Source: the human T2T-CHM13v2.0 reference genome, Homo sapiens. From it: DNA of 64,000 nucleotides. Below are positions 14,414 through 29,904 of this stretch, in pieces (within the stretch, counting starts at the first letter, position 1; every line of letters starts with the position of its first letter). The position numbers were made by a program, and so were the translations under genes. The stretch lies in NCBI RefSeq assembly GCF_009914755.1, contig NC_060926.1; one strand, given 5' to 3'. The notes beneath the pieces are model-generated. The model was not told where the DNA came from. It worked only from the letters and a program-made list of their open reading frames with translations, and ran no database searches.

Positions 14414-15229
14414 GTATTGTAGGTTTTTTAAAAAATTCGTTGTTGATCACTTCTTTATTTTCTGGTATTTCAAGATATTCCAAACTCATTTTGTATATTT
14501 CTTGCTACAGTCCTACTAGAATCAGACATTTCTTCAAAGAACGCTAGTTCTTTTTATATTGGACAGTGTTACTAGAAACCAAGATCTGGATGCTAAGTGT
14601 ACTTATAGCTACTGGGATGTTAAGTCACATTTTTAATTTGCTGAAAGCATTTAAGATTGCCTATATTTCTAGTCTCTCCTTAATTCCCTGATAATTCCTA
14701 TTAAAACTAACTGGTCGCCTCACAGTTTCCCCAAAAGCCTTTGGGGTTTTACTCTTTTTGTTTGTTTGTTTTTTAAGATTTGTCCTCACTTTGTTTAAAT
14801 CCTTCCTGTCCTTCAAGCTTTAGGCCTCCTTCTGCCACCACCTCCCACCCTACCACCCAGTTTCCTTTTTGACATTGCTGCCTCTTATCTCCTGCTTCAG
14901 GAGGCTCCAGCAATGCAAATGCAACAGAAGCCTGATTTATTCTTGGAAACAGTTCCATGAAAACCAAGCAGGAAGGAATTTAGAAAGGAATATAGCAGCT
15001 ATATAATATCTTTTGCCTCTATTTTTTTAAAATTTAGTTTTGTGGTTTGAACCCAGATAGCCAGACTATCAGTTTTATTAGGGCTTTTTTTTTTTTTTTT
15101 TTTTTTGTCTTTCCAAGATTCAGATGGAAGCACCTGGATTGAGTTTTGTGACTCACGGCCAGAGCTGAACTTTGAATCCTGTGCCCAAGCACTGTATTTG
15201 TGAAGCAGCAGGAACAGAGAGAAGCAGTG

Positions 15230-15780
15230 AAGGTGGGCGATGCTTTGAGATCACTTTGTCCAGACTATCTAGTTTTACAGATGTGGAAACTAAGACCCAG
15301 GGAAGGGAAGAAATCATACCCAGAGACATATAACTCATATAACTCATTAAAGGAAGAGTTGGGTCTAGAAGAATTTTTTTTTTTTAACTATAGGATCGGC
15401 CAGGCTGTGTCTAGAATCTCTTTATTGGTGTTCCAGTGTGCTTTCTGCTGCGGTGTAAGGACTTAAGATTGTTTTCCCTAAGAAATTTGTCTTAAAATCC
15501 CCATCCTGTAACCCCGAGGCACCCAATGACATCCTGGTAGAGGGAGCAGCCCAGTTTTTCAAAGATGCATGCATTTTGGACCAGTGAGACCTGAATTGAA
15601 AGCCTAGCTCCATCCCTTAACAGCCATCTGATCTCCAGGCAATCTCTCAGATTCTCAGTTTTCTTATCTGTAAAATGGGCATAAGGATGCCTGGGCCACA
15701 GGTGTGTTTTATGGCTTAAGCAAAAGCATGGTTATGAAGGCACCTGGAGCATACCAAGCACATAACTGGTGCTCAGCATT
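15230..15780. mobile_element. Two MIR fragments (~15230-15380 minus, ~15570-15780 plus)
   Basis: ttttacagatgtggaaactaag and ctcagttttcttatctgtaaaatggg cores. Confidence 0.7.
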
Positions 15781-16337
15781 TCTTCAAGGATCATTCTGTG
15801 GCTTCCCATGTGTATACCTGGTATCCTGAAACAAATAGAAACCTCCTGGGTTACTTTTACTTCCTTTGTGTCTCTACAAAACTGGACACACAACAGGTGT
15901 TCAAAAGCCCTTGCTGGATGAAGGAATGCCACAAAGCTCACCCCATAGGGAGACAATGGAGGGGCAAAAGGTGTTTGTGCAGTGTGAAGGAGAAGGAAAA
16001 CAGGTGAGTGAGGCAGATGGGCGATGGAACAGCTGGGCCAAGCGCTCATTCTACATTCAGACTGAGTACTCTTCAGGGAGAGGGATTGCCTGAGGCTTCC
16101 CAGGGAGAGATATGCTGAGCCAGGCCTCTGCCCAGTGGTCAGGGTGGAGACTGGATAAAGAATCAGGGAGCCTGAAGCCCCTGTGCTTTCATCATTTCCA
16201 GCCTCCTGCCCCTGCTTGGGGCCTGGGCACGTTCACAGCTGAACAAGATGCGGCAGGAAACCCTGAATCAAGGGGGTGAAGGCATTAATGAAGCTGAGCT
16301 GACTTCTGGCTCTAAATTCCTTTCCCTTTGCTTCCAG

Positions 16338-16449
16338 GCTTGCTGTGGCCTGTTGTCTCTGCCCGGCAGAGTCTGGTGGCTGCTCTCATTTCACATCATA
16401 TTGCGAGCTGGATGAAAGCAAGAACCAAGGCGGCTCAGCACGCATAAAG
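16338..16449 (+). other. Candidate exon with GC donor (112 nt)
   Basis: ttcctttccctttgcttccag| acceptor and AAG|gcaagt donor. Confidence 0.3.
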
Positions 16450-16577
16450 GCAAGTCAGAATCTGGAGACCAAGATTTATTGCTGCAGAGATGGGTGCCCT
16501 TTTTGTAGCATGACTTTTATGGAAAGGGCAGTTTTCTTTGCATTAAGTTTGTCTGTAAGAGTCAGTATGACCTAGAG

Positions 16578-16920
16578 CAGGGGCTAGCAAACTTTTTCTG
16601 AAAAAATTAGATAGGGAATATAGGCTTTAAGGGGCATGCAGTGTCTCCTGCAAATATTTCAACACTTCTGTTATAGCAGCCAATGTATAGTTGGCAGGAC
16701 TATACATTATATAATGTATAGATGAACAGATGTGGCTGTGTTCCAGTAGAACTTTATTTATGGACACTAAAATTTAAATTCCATATAACTTTCATGTGTC
16801 ACAAAATATTAATCTTTTCATTTTTTTCAACTATTTAGAAGTGTAAAAACCCACCTTGGCTTGATGGCCATACCAAAACAAGCCCTAGGTCAGATGGCAG
16901 AAGGCGGTCTGCAGACCTGT
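16578..16920 (+). mobile_element. MER58B (hAT-Charlie)
   Basis: caggggctagcaaactttttctg start; atggacactaaaatttaaattccatataactttcatgtgtcac internal block. Confidence 0.8.
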
Positions 16921-16924
16921 TCAG

Positions 16925-17170
16925 GGTACAGCATGGCCTTGGGAGTCAGACAGGCTTGGATTCAAACCCGGCCTCAGCTCTATGCTTGCTCTCCAACCTT
17001 GTTGGGTGACTTAATCTCTCTGAATCTATCCATATATAGGGACAATTTCCTATCCATATATAGGGATAATAACGTCTACCTTAGAGGTTGTTAGTGGGCA
17101 ATAAGTGAAGTTACAAAGAACCTAACATGGACCATTTGAAGTCCTTGATAGGAGGATGTTATTATTATTG
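16925..17170 (+). mobile_element. MIR with internal 24-bp tandem duplication
   Basis: ggagtcagacaggcttggattcaaacccgg; ctatccatatataggga(c/t)aat at 17026 and 17050. Confidence 0.75.
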
Positions 17171-17539
17171 CTTCTCTCAACCTCATCCTTAAGAACACTA
17201 GTAATGAGAGCTGAAAGCAATATTCTACTCTGCACATCTACCCAGAACCTCTGAAGTCTATTTATAAAGGCAGTCATCATAGGCTTTTTACAAAAACTAT
17301 AACGCCCTGCTTTTTGCCACAATTAACTCATCTTTTTTGTTCCAATTCACTTCAACTTAACACATGCTCACAAAGCACAACTTTGCACAAGGCTCAGAGT
17401 GCAGCAGGATTGGAAAGTTGAACTTGACACAGTTCCTGCCAAAAGATAGGTATCTCTCTAGAAGGGGACATAAGATACAAATCCAAACAACCATAAATCA
17501 AAAAAGCATGTGGAATAAGACCTCCAAGAGTGGCAATCA

Positions 17540-17780
17540 TGTCTCCCATTTACTAAGTACCAGGCACTGTACTAAATGCTTTCTTTATATATGTTGATCT
17601 TATTATATAACCTCATGAGGAGGGGACTGTTATTATTCCCATTTGATAAGTGGGAGAATGGAGACAGGGAGATCATGAAGGTCCTTGCCAAAGGTCACAC
17701 TTAAGTGAGCAGAGAACAGAGAATCAGAACAGAGATCCAGACCTGGCTGATGCAGGAGCCAGAACTTTCCCCACTGGCTT
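17540..17780 (-). mobile_element. MIR
   Basis: ccaggcactgtactaaatgcttt...ttattattcccattt...ccaaaggtcacac. Confidence 0.75.
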
Positions 17781-18684
17781 CAAGTGCCCCTGGAGCTCAG
17801 GAAGTCCATCCTGGCTCTGACGGCTGGGAAAGAGTCACAGAGGGGGCTTTCGAGCTGTCCCTGAAGCCTGGGGAGGTTTACTCCAGGCATGGATGGGAGT
17901 AGGGATGGGAGGATTCAGTCCCAGAACAGCGTGAGCAAATATGCTGCAGTGGGAATGTGGAATGCTCTCAGGCGTGTTGGGGGAACAGCAAGCAGCGTGG
18001 GAGTGTAGGGTGCATTCCGTACCAGTGTCCTTTCCCTCCGTGGACCTCCGGATGCCTCAGGGAGGGGCGGGGGAGAGGCAAAAGGTCTGATGACTTCACC
18101 AGACTTACATAAACAGGAACTTCCTTGCAACAAAGTATGACCTTCTCATTTTAAAACAATTTGCCAGGCAGTGTATTCCACTCTTCAATCTTGCTTTTCT
18201 GTCCATAACTCCTCCCCCAACTTCCGGATTCTGCTTTCCTAGTGTGAAGGAGATGCCAAATTATGTCATAAAAACAGTGCTGGGCATAGAAGTGGCACGC
18301 GTCTGAACAGGCACTGTGTGACCCTAGGCTGGTCACTTTCCCTCTCTTGCCTCAGTTCCTGCAAACATAAAATTAGGAGTTAGGTGATAACCTGAGTGCT
18401 TTCCAGTGATAACCTTCCAAATTATGGCATACTAAGCCTGTCTCAGTAAGGGAAGCAGCCTTCACCTCTAGCTTGGAGTAGGTGATGCCACTTTGTAGCA
18501 ACATTAAACAACTGCAGTTCCTGGACTTGATGGGGGCTGGGATTAGAATTTCGAGCCTTTAACTTGTCAATGTGCTGCTTAGATAACTTGCTCCTTACTG
18601 GAGTTCATGGGAATCCATGTTCTTTGCCCATCCATCCACCAACACATCAACTTTTAATTAATTCATTTATTTATCTACACCTAG

Positions 18685-19100
18685 TCCCTGGAGCCAGACT
18701 GCCTGAGTTTGAATCCTGGCTCTACTAGCTCTGTGACCATGGTTAAGTTACAGAACCTCTCTGTGCCTTAGTTTCTTCTTCTGTAAGACAGGGATAACAG
18801 TAGAATCTGCCTTACAGGGTTGTGAGGATTAAATTGGTTCATGTGTGCACACACACACACATAAATAAAATATCAAGTGCTTAAAACCACTCATGGCATG
18901 TAGTAAGCATGATATAAGTGTGTACTATTATTGTTATGTTTGAAGCATGTTTTAAGTAATAGTGTGTGCTGGATGCTCTGTTAGCATCTTTTTCTATGAA
19001 ACATAGCACTCTTCCCTACTGCCTTACAAGGTAGGTGTTATGAGCCTGCTTTTCGTATGAAGAAATGAAGGATTGAAGAGTTGACATGCCTTTTCTGAGA
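18685..19100. mobile_element. MIR pair (~18685-18935 plus, ~18950-19100 minus)
   Basis: ggagccagactgcctgagtttgaatcctggctct...ctgtaagacagggataac. Confidence 0.8.
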
Positions 19101-19854
19101 TGTGCCATGGACTAGGCTGCAGAGGACAACCAGACACATCAGCAGGGCCCAGGAGGGAGAGGCTGGAAAGAGCGGGCAGATCACTGCCTGCCCCTGTCAC
19201 CTAATAGCCAGCTCACATGGCTTCCCTGCTCTGCTATCTGGTTCTTGCTGCAACCCAGACTCCTGCTGATGTCTTGTCTTGAACTGTGTAACCTGTCAAC
19301 ACATGAGAATCATTTGCAGCGACTGGGGAGTGACGTGATTCAGGAGCAGGGGAGGGGAGCTCGTGGAGAACAGAAAACTGCTGCTCCATTTTGGAGCTGC
19401 CTTTCAGCCTGGCCAAATGGGAAACTTCCTGCTTAGAAACAGTCAGGACATTAATACTCAGATGAGTGAAGACACACATGTCTCCACTAACATCCCAGGC
19501 GGATCAGACTGATTATGCCGCACTGTAGTGCAATTTCCTCTTGGTTTTTATTTCTTTGGCTCAACATTGTGCAGATGGTAAGCTCTGCTCACTGAAAATA
19601 TGGAAATGATAAAATAGAAATATGAGACATTTGGATATCACTTGAGCTGAAACTTGACACTGCAGGTCTGATTGAAAATCCAGCAGGCCTCTTTCAAGAC
19701 CCTTTACTGTGGCTCCTCGTTTGCTTCAGGAGGCCCCTGACAAACTTGCCCAGTTCTCCCTAAATCCTGCTATTGTTAGCTCTGGCCTGGGCCACCTGCT
19801 TTCTCCTCACCAGAGATATTCGGCCAGATGATCCTTACCATTAAAGTCCCAGGA

Positions 19855-20228
19855 TGTGTGTGCATGAGCACACACACACACACACACACACCACATATGC
19901 ACCACACACATGCGTGCACATAAGTGCACACACCACACATCACATATGTGCACACATACCACACACATGCACCACACGTGTGCACATATGCACATGCCAC
20001 ACCTGTACATGCACACACTGCACGCACACACATGCATACACATAAGCATATACCACATGCATACCATACATCACACACCACACACCATATACATGCATGC
20101 ACATACAAAATTACATGCATCACACACCACACACATGCATGCACACATACCACACATACATACATCATACCTGCATGTATGCACACACACACACACCACA
20201 CATACATCCCCACACACAAACACACATG
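19855..20228. repeat. Degenerate (CA/TG)n alternating purine-pyrimidine tract, ~370 bp
   Basis: Continuous cacacat/gcac variants. Confidence 0.95.
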
Positions 20229-20308
20229 CCTTTTAGGTGCTACCCAGGACTCCCCTTCTAGCTTTAAACTCTTCATGGAGAACTTTCTGCTGTCCACTGA
20301 ACCTTTAG

Positions 20309-20861
<553 letters not shown>

Positions 20862-21629
20862 TAGGCCCTGCTGCACTGGAGCCCGGAGCCGTCACTCCTC
20901 TATACTTCTGGTGATTTCCGCATTGATTGCAGATTCCAAGGCAACTTGGGTCTCTGCAGTATCATTGGGGGCCGATTGGAATTCTTGAAACCCTCTTCCC
21001 CACCCCACTCTCTGACTAGACCAATTTTAGTTTAATCAAACCTCAAGACTATATTTTCACCTGTTCCCTTTAATAATTAACTTGCTTCGAGGAATCCAAG
21101 AGAACCCAGACACAGTGACTGCTGACCTAGTTACTGACCCATCCTAATGACGCCTCTCCCAGAGGTTCATCCTCCGGGCTCTGGCCCATTTCGTGTGAGA
21201 AAGTGAACTCCTATTGGGCACTGGTTTTGCTTCTGAAGCCAGGTGGAAATATTGGCCTACCCCCTTGACCCTACTTCTCATAGTGGTTTGGTGGTTAAAG
21301 GTCTATAGAGTAGAAAGATTATGCTGGCTTTGCTTTGTTTTAGGTTTTGTGTTTTAATCTCTTTAAACCCCAGTTTTTAATCCTATTGCTTTCAAGTCCT
21401 GATCTTGTCAAGGAAGACACCATCAATTGCACTGTTGTTGTACAACTCCAAACCTTCTGGGGCTTATCACTCTCAGAGCTGAGCTGAGGATGCTAAGGGG
21501 TCCTCAGGTGTCCTACAGCTGAGGGCAAGGCAAAGGCGTGCAGGCAGTCAGCTCCCCTGCATGGGTGCCATGCGGTCCCTGCAGCCTTGTTTCTCCTAGT
21601 TTCTCTAAGGTACTCCTGGGTCATTGCTC

Positions 21630-22023
21630 TCTCGATTTATTTGGGAGGGCTGCCATAATAAAGCACCATGGACTGGGGGCTGAACAACAGAAATTTATTT
21701 TCTCACAGTTCTGGAGGCTGGAAGTCCGAGATCAAGGTGTCAGCAGGGTTGGTTTCTTCTGAGGCCTCCCTCCCTGCCTTATAGATGGCTGTCTTCTCCC
21801 TGTGTCTTCACATGGTCTTTTCCTCTATACATGTCTGTGTCCAAATTCCCTCTTCTTTCAAGGACACCAGTCATAGTGGGTTAAAAGCCACCCTGATGAT
21901 GTCATTTTAACTTAATCACCTCTTTAAAGACCCTATCTCTAAATACATTCACATTCTGAAGTGTTGGAGGTTAGAACTTCAACATAAGAATTTTTGGGGG
22001 AAAACACAGTTCAGCCCATAACA
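21630..22023 (-). mobile_element. MLT1B-type MaLR solo LTR
   Basis: gggctgccataa...caacagaaatttattttctcacagttctggaggctggaagtcc...ttcagcccataaca. Confidence 0.88.
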
Positions 22024-22964
22024 TTTTCTGCTTTTTAAATACACACTGCCTGGTTTTAGGGCACCCTGAACCTTAATATAGCCTTCCTAGGGGATATTTC
22101 CTCTTCAGTAACATGTGAGCAAGAATACTGATCTCTTCCGATTGTTATGAAGGTTAAGTGCATGTGAAGTTTAATATAGCCTGGCTCATAAGTGCTTAGT
22201 AAATGTTAGAACCACTTAAGTAAATAAAAATGGTGATGATAATGATGGTGATGATGATGAAAATGAGCACCATTATTATTTGCAGATGTCTTAGTCATAA
22301 CGAATTTCTTTTAATAGCACCTGATGATCATTTTGCTTGTGTCACTTTCATTTTACTTCTTTCTTTCCAAAAGAGGCTTGAGTGCGGCTGCCCAGCTCCC
22401 CAAGACTCAAGCCAAAGCTACTCTCTGTGCCTGCTGTGAGGATTTGAAAGCACTGTGGCAGGAGAGGCCCTGGGCCTGCCCACCACTCCCATCTCCTCTT
22501 GGTAACCAGGAAGCCCTGGGGCTCGCTTAGTCACAACTCACTCAGGCATCGTTTTTGACCTTGACACCTTCCCCTGCATTGTGCCAGGTGTCTGGGGCAC
22601 TGCCAGCTCTCCCAGCCTGCCAAGCTGATTCTCTTCCTTCACTCAAATGACTGGGGAAACCTCATCTCCCCTCCAGCAGGGAGTCTCCCGGGACTGATCA
22701 CAGGAAAGGTGCTGTGGGCACATAGCTATGTCACCCTCTCGCTATACACATCCGTGCTCGGCATGCACTCCAGGCACCTTCTGATAAAGGCATTCTGCCC
22801 AGTAATTTCCTTGCACACACAAGCATCCATGTGTCCATCTAGTTTAACATTTTTAAAAAATCTTCAATTATAAGGCTGAGTCTAATTTCATTCTCCATAC
22901 ATTACATGTACATAAACATGCCCAATGGAGAGGCTGGATCATTACCAAGTTTACCAAGCAGTCA

Positions 22965-23315
22965 CACTTGTGCACTTTCTCTCCCTCCTTCATCCTGTTT
23001 CATGCTTCTGTGCCTTTGCATCTGCATTTCTCTGGAAGCACCTCTTCTGCCTTGTCCCTGTGTGAATGCCTGTCCTAAGGCCTAGATCAAGGCTCTAGGA
23101 GATGCGTCATGGACCCCAGGCACAGCCAGGACCCTCTGCTTTGATGGCTCCCTTGTGCCTTCGGTGGCATCTTGTCTGTGCTTACCATACTGTACTGTGA
23201 TTGTCCATTTGTATAGCTTTCTCAGCTGGCCTGGGAGCTCCTCAAGGGCAGGGATGATTCATTCAACTTTGCATCCCCAGTGCCTAGCACAGTGCCTGGC
23301 TATAGGTGAGTGAAG
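22965..23315 (+). mobile_element. L2 3' end
   Basis: gagctcctcaagggcaggga...catccccagtgcctagcacagtgcctggc. Confidence 0.75.
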
Positions 23316-23939
23316 CCAGAGAGGAGGGCTCTGGGATCCAGCCATGCTGGGCAGTGCCTTTCATGGCATTTTCTGTTTGGCCTCACCTCTTCCTTTGTCC
23401 TGTTTTTAGCCTAATTCCTTTCAAGGCTCTGGCATGGGACTCTGAGCTCATTTTCATGATTGCTTTAAATATTGGGGCTGTTGGCATGCCAACACGGGGA
23501 CCCACGCTAAGGAGGGAGAGGAATTCTCCAGCTCTCTGGGTCCTGCCGAGACACAAGGAATGTGCCAGAGGCAGGGGAGGTTTTGAGAAAGTGCCAGTGT
23601 AGGTCGAACTAAACTGCTTTTTTACCTGGCTTAGGGAGCTAGGAATTTGGGTAGAAGACAAGAAAGTGAGAGGACACAGACGCCTTGGGGGAATACGATG
23701 GGGGCAGGGAGGGATGGCATTCCCAGAAGTCCAGGAGGACCCCCAGATGAAAGAGAAAGGGCAGCAGCAGGACAGACGTGGAGATGCAGTGTCTATGCCT
23801 GAAAATGACCAGGAGTCCCCTGGAGTAAATGCCTGGACATGAACAGTTCCAGGAGCCACTTCTGCAAAGCAGATAGACAGGAGGAGACTCTGGAAGTCTT
23901 GTCATGGAAGAACTAGGACACCACAAACATGAGCTTGTT

Positions 23940-24400
23940 AGTATAGGGAGGGGCCTCAGAAACCACCTTATGCAGCCTTACCACTTTATAGACAAGAAAG
24001 CGGAATCTTAGAGGTGACCAAGACCACACAGCTCATGGTGATAGCACCAGGACTGGAACCCAGGTCTCCTGTTCTCTTTCCAAGGCTCTCAGCCCCTCAA
24101 GGGCTGGAGAGGAGCTAGAATTAGGCCAATTTCATAACACCCAACAGGTGTTATAAATGTAATAGATTGCCTAACTTCTGCTTGGTGTTCTTGCTCTATG
24201 TCAGGCATAACGTTAAGTAGTTTACATGGTTTATCTTATCTCAGAGTAGCCTTATGAAGTAGACATCCTTATCTCCACCTTAATGATGGGGAAACCGAGG
24301 TTCAGAGGCTAAATGATTTGCCTTGGATCAACCAGCCACTGAGCAATGAGGCCCAGATTCTAATTCAGAGACTCATTCTGGAGCTCAAGCTTTTAACAAT
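23940..24400 (-). mobile_element. MIR fragments
   Basis: gatggggaaaccgaggttcagagg and ggactggaacccaggtctcctg. Confidence 0.7.
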
Positions 24401-24470
24401 GATTTTCTGAAACCTGTCTTACCTGGCCTTTACAGATCTCAAGAGTCTAGGTCAAAAGATAGATGGCCTT

Positions 24471-24916
<446 letters not shown>

Positions 24917-25169
24917 TTACGGGGTGTGGTTACGGGGTGGACAGAGGACCTGTGGTGGGGCTGCTAACCCAAGAGTAGGCTTTGAGATGCGGCAGCCCAA
25001 AAGAGCAGTCCAGAGGAAGGAGATGAAGATTCTTGACTCACTTTGCTGGTTGGCTGCTGGCTTTAGAGTTCACTTGCCTAAAAGTGGATTCCTAAAGGAG
25101 GAAAGCAGCCCTTAAAATCCATAGCATCTTCCATTTGACAGCAACTTCCAGCTTGCAAGGTGCTACCTC

Positions 25170-25330
25170 GTCTTCTCATTGGATTCTTACAATATGAAGG
25201 CAAAGTTATCATTCTCACTTTAGATGAAAACACTGACTCAGAGAAGTTAAGTGACTTGCTCAAAGTCACCCAGCTGGCTAGCAGCAGGGCCAAGGCCGGA
25301 ACCTAGGTCTCTTGAGTCCTACATGGAAAT
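25170..25330 (-). mobile_element. MIR
   Basis: gatgaaaacactgactcagagaagttaagtgacttgctcaaagtcac. Confidence 0.8.
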
Positions 25331-25399
25331 CCTTTATCTTGACACAACTGTCCATGGACAAAGGAACCAGTAGAGGTGCTGCTAGAAGTTGCCTTGTTG

Positions 25400-25720
25400 T
25401 CTCCGGGGATGTGACCCCATCACAACTCTAGGCTTGCCCTGACTGGACTATACAAAACTCTATTTACTTCGGCACTCATTTTAAGAAAGGCCACATGACA
25501 CAGTTCTATCTGATAAGGTAGGAATGGGGTCTGCTGAAGAGCCTATGGGAAAGCCTCTCTCGCTCCTAAAGAGAGCCACAGGAAAAGGCAGTCTCTACTT
25601 CTCTGATTGTTGTGCCTAGAACATGAGGACTGGGACTGCTGTCGCCAACTTGCCACTTGGAAGAAGCCAGCACACGGAAGAGGGATGCACAAGGAGATGA
25701 GCGTCCAGGTCTCTGACGGC
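25400..25720 (+). mobile_element. ERVL LTR16-like fragment
   Basis: ggccacatgacacagttct...gggaaagcctctctcgctcctaaagagagccacagg...actgctgtcgccaacttg. Confidence 0.5.
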
Positions 25721-26132
25721 ATCACCCAGCCAACACTGAGGCCCCAGCTGCCCAGGCTGCACGGGCCAGGCAGCATGCTCAGACTTCCGACATGGCGCGG
25801 TATGGAAAATAAAAGGGTCAGACAATCTCAAGTCTCCTCCTTAAGAGTTAAGACAATATCCTCAGAGGGTCCTCAGTGGACTCCCCTCATGGCTTTCTGG
25901 CCAGCTCTGGATCCCATGGCTACTCCAAACCAGGCAATAGCGAAGAGCATGGGAGTGCCATTATTGTTTTACCCCAGTCAGGGTGAAAACAGCAAGTGCT
26001 CTGTAAACACAACTGTTATTATGTGACAGGCACTGTTCTAAGTGCTTTACATGTATTATCTCGCTTAACAACCTTAACGCTCTAAGAGTACTGCTAATAT
26101 CCTCATTTTATACATGAGAAAATTGAAGCACA

Positions 26133-27033
<901 letters not shown>

Positions 27034-27429
27034 GCACAGAGTTTAAATAATTTGCTCAGGGACCACACAGCTAGGAAGCGGCAGAACTAAGTTTTGAACT
27101 CAGGCTCCAGCACCCAAGCCCTTAAGTACTCACTAGAGCTAAGAATGAGGTCAGTCTCCCAGAAGCACGAGACTATGTAGACTTGAACAAAAAGAGGAGT
27201 GGGAGATTTGAGCAAAACTGAACTTCCGTTAGGAAAGAGGAAGGGGAAAATAAATGCTGTTGAGCAGCAGTGTTTGCTGTAGCCTCGCCCTTCAGCTCTT
27301 CTGTGTGTAGATTTTCTGTGATGCGAGCTAACAAATATCCCTATGGTTGAGGCCAATTTGAGTGTTTCTCAAACTATTATTTGTAGCCCAACTGTCCTAA
27401 GTACAACTGGTTATTGTAAGTGGGAGTGG

Positions 27430-28320
27430 CCAGAAAAACCTTCTGGGAGGAGAATTATTTGGAGAATAGATAGGATTTAGAGCGAATGGACATTACAGGC
27501 TAAGAGAAATACAGGTCAGGTCCAGAAGATAGGGCTGGAAATATAGAATGGGGTCAGGTCTTTGAAGTTCTTGATGCCAGAGGGAGGAGTATGGGCTTTG
27601 TTCAGGTGATGAGGTCTGCAGAGGAGCCTTGAGTAGGGAAGTGGTGGGGCATTTATAGAGATCCATCTTCAAGCCCATCAAAGGAAGGAGTGTGCCAGGG
27701 AGAGCTGGTTGGCAAGAGGACTTACCTTATGATAAAAGTGTGAATAAGGGCGACAGTATTAGAAATGGAAAGGAAGAGACAGTCCAGGAGATACTGAGAA
27801 AAAATAACATGTTGGATCTGATGACTGCTTAGATGTCAGAGAGTGGCATCCAAGGTGACTTTGAAGTTTCAAGCTTTGGTAATAGAAATACGGAAACTGG
27901 GAGCTTGCCTGTGAAGGTGGAGGGGAGGGAACCAGATGTGGTAGATTTGGTGTTGGATTTGGAGATTTGAAACCATGGGACAGTCACATGGAATTAATTA
28001 GTAATTGGAGACTAGGGTTGCAACACTTGTGACGAATGAGAACTGGAGGTGTCAGGAAGCTGAGGGGATGGCTGGAGTAGATAAGACCTCTGAGAAATGG
28101 GATGTAGACAAAGGAGAGAAGACCGCTGCGGTCTGGACCTCAGGAAACATCCAGCATCTTGAGGTCTCAGGAAAGGGGAGGCAATGAAGTGGAGGGAAGA
28201 TCAGAGATGTAAAAGGGGAACTCAGAAGGCAGGGGAAGAAAACTAGGGAGTCGAGAATTTCAAGAAAAAGGGATCAATAGTGCTAAATCCTACCACTACA
28301 GAGAAGTCCAGGTTGCTTAC
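27430..28320 (-). mobile_element. Degraded L2
   Basis: Purine-rich antisense L2 motifs such as ccaaggtgactttgaagtttcaagctttgg. Confidence 0.55.
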
Positions 28321-28389
28321 GGTAAATGTTTTGGGTATTTTAAAAGAAGAGGTTTAGAAGACTGTGAACAACCCGATGTGTTTATAGAT

Positions 28390-29010
28390 TGCTTACGGGA
28401 ATGTAAATTGGCCTAATCCAGTTGGGCAATATGTTTCAAAGGCCTTAAAATATGCAAATTTGCTGACCCAGAAATTATTCAAGGAATATAATCCAAAGAT
28501 ATCATAATTAAAGTTTACTGAGTACTTTCTCAACCATACACAGCGTTAAAAGTGGCATTGTTTTAAGCACTTATATTTATTAACATATTTAATCCCTAAG
28601 ACAACCCTATAAAGTAAGTATTAATAGATACTTTTTACTATGAAGAAAATGAGGCATGTGGAGACCAAGTCATGTGAGCAAGGTCTAACAAGGAACAAGT
28701 TATGACACTGGGATTGAGATTGGGAAGAACAGCTGCAAGACCCTTGTTCTTAACCCCCAGCTAGCCTGCTTCTTGAAATGATTAGAAATTAACACAACGG
28801 TCACCCTGAGCGTGTTCATCATAGTGTGATAATAACAGGAAACAATCTAAATGCTTAACAGCTGGAGATGGGCTAAATAAAATGACTTCCAAATGAGGGC
28901 ATGCTATATAGATGTTAACAATCACATTGTAAAAGAACATGCAATGACATGGGAAAAAGTTGATGATACATTTTTAAGTGGGAAAAGCTGTTTTCCATAT
29001 TTGGAAAAGC
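28390..29010 (+). mobile_element. Old L1ME-like fragments with an intervening antisense MIR
   Basis: aatgtaaattgg...ggcaatatg...gacccag; ggaaacaatctaaatg...gacatgggaaaa. Confidence 0.55.
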
Positions 29011-29904
29011 CCACATATGAAAAAAAAGAGAGATTTGTTATTATTCATACGTGCATTCTGCACCGGACTGTCTGCACCCCCGCCAGGTACCCCCTCCCAC
29101 TCTCACCCTGCCCAGCACTGGAGCCCATCCTCATACCCCAGTCAATTCAGGGCAGTTGTCCCTATGTCTCTGGATTGAAGTGCTGCATATTTTAACAAAG
29201 AAAAGATAACTAGGCTGCAGGGTGGAATTCTATGCCCAAAGCGTCATTGTGTTTCTCCTCAAGTCATTCCAGGAGTACTTTCTGGATAAGACCGATTCTT
29301 AGGGAGTGTTGACTATTGGAAACAGTTGGGTAAAGCTCATAGGAAGAATATTCCGGATACTTGCTGCCACTTAAGAGTAGGTATGGCGGAGAGGATGGGT
29401 CCCCCAAATGTGTGGGATTCTGGAAAGTGCCTGCAGGGAGGTTGTCCTGCTCCTTGGACATGGAAGGTAGGCCAGCACCCCTGCCCCCTGGGGTCACCAG
29501 TTTTACATTGCTAGCAGTTAAGCCCCAGGATGATTCAGAAGCCCCACTGAGATCTTCTTGGCTTTCTGTCCTGTGCTTCACCCCAGCTCTCTATCCATGT
29601 TCAGGCAAAGCCCAGAGCTGACTGCTTAGAAAAATATTTAATTGAGATTCCTCCTACAGTGCCTATTTCTGTCTCGATAAGGCCTTGGCATGCCATGGGT
29701 GGCTAAATATATTGGCTGTTTCCTCTCCAATGCCAACCTAGTTTTTTAAATGTTCCCAAGTGTGTCTGCCCAGCTTTCCCCTGAGAGAGAATTTACAGCA
29801 TTAGCCCTCTGTGACCTAGAAGAAAAAACAAAACAAAACATAGAAGATGTTAACTTACTTACAGAAGAGAAACCAGGAAATTATACATTTGTGCAGAAGT
29901 GTCT

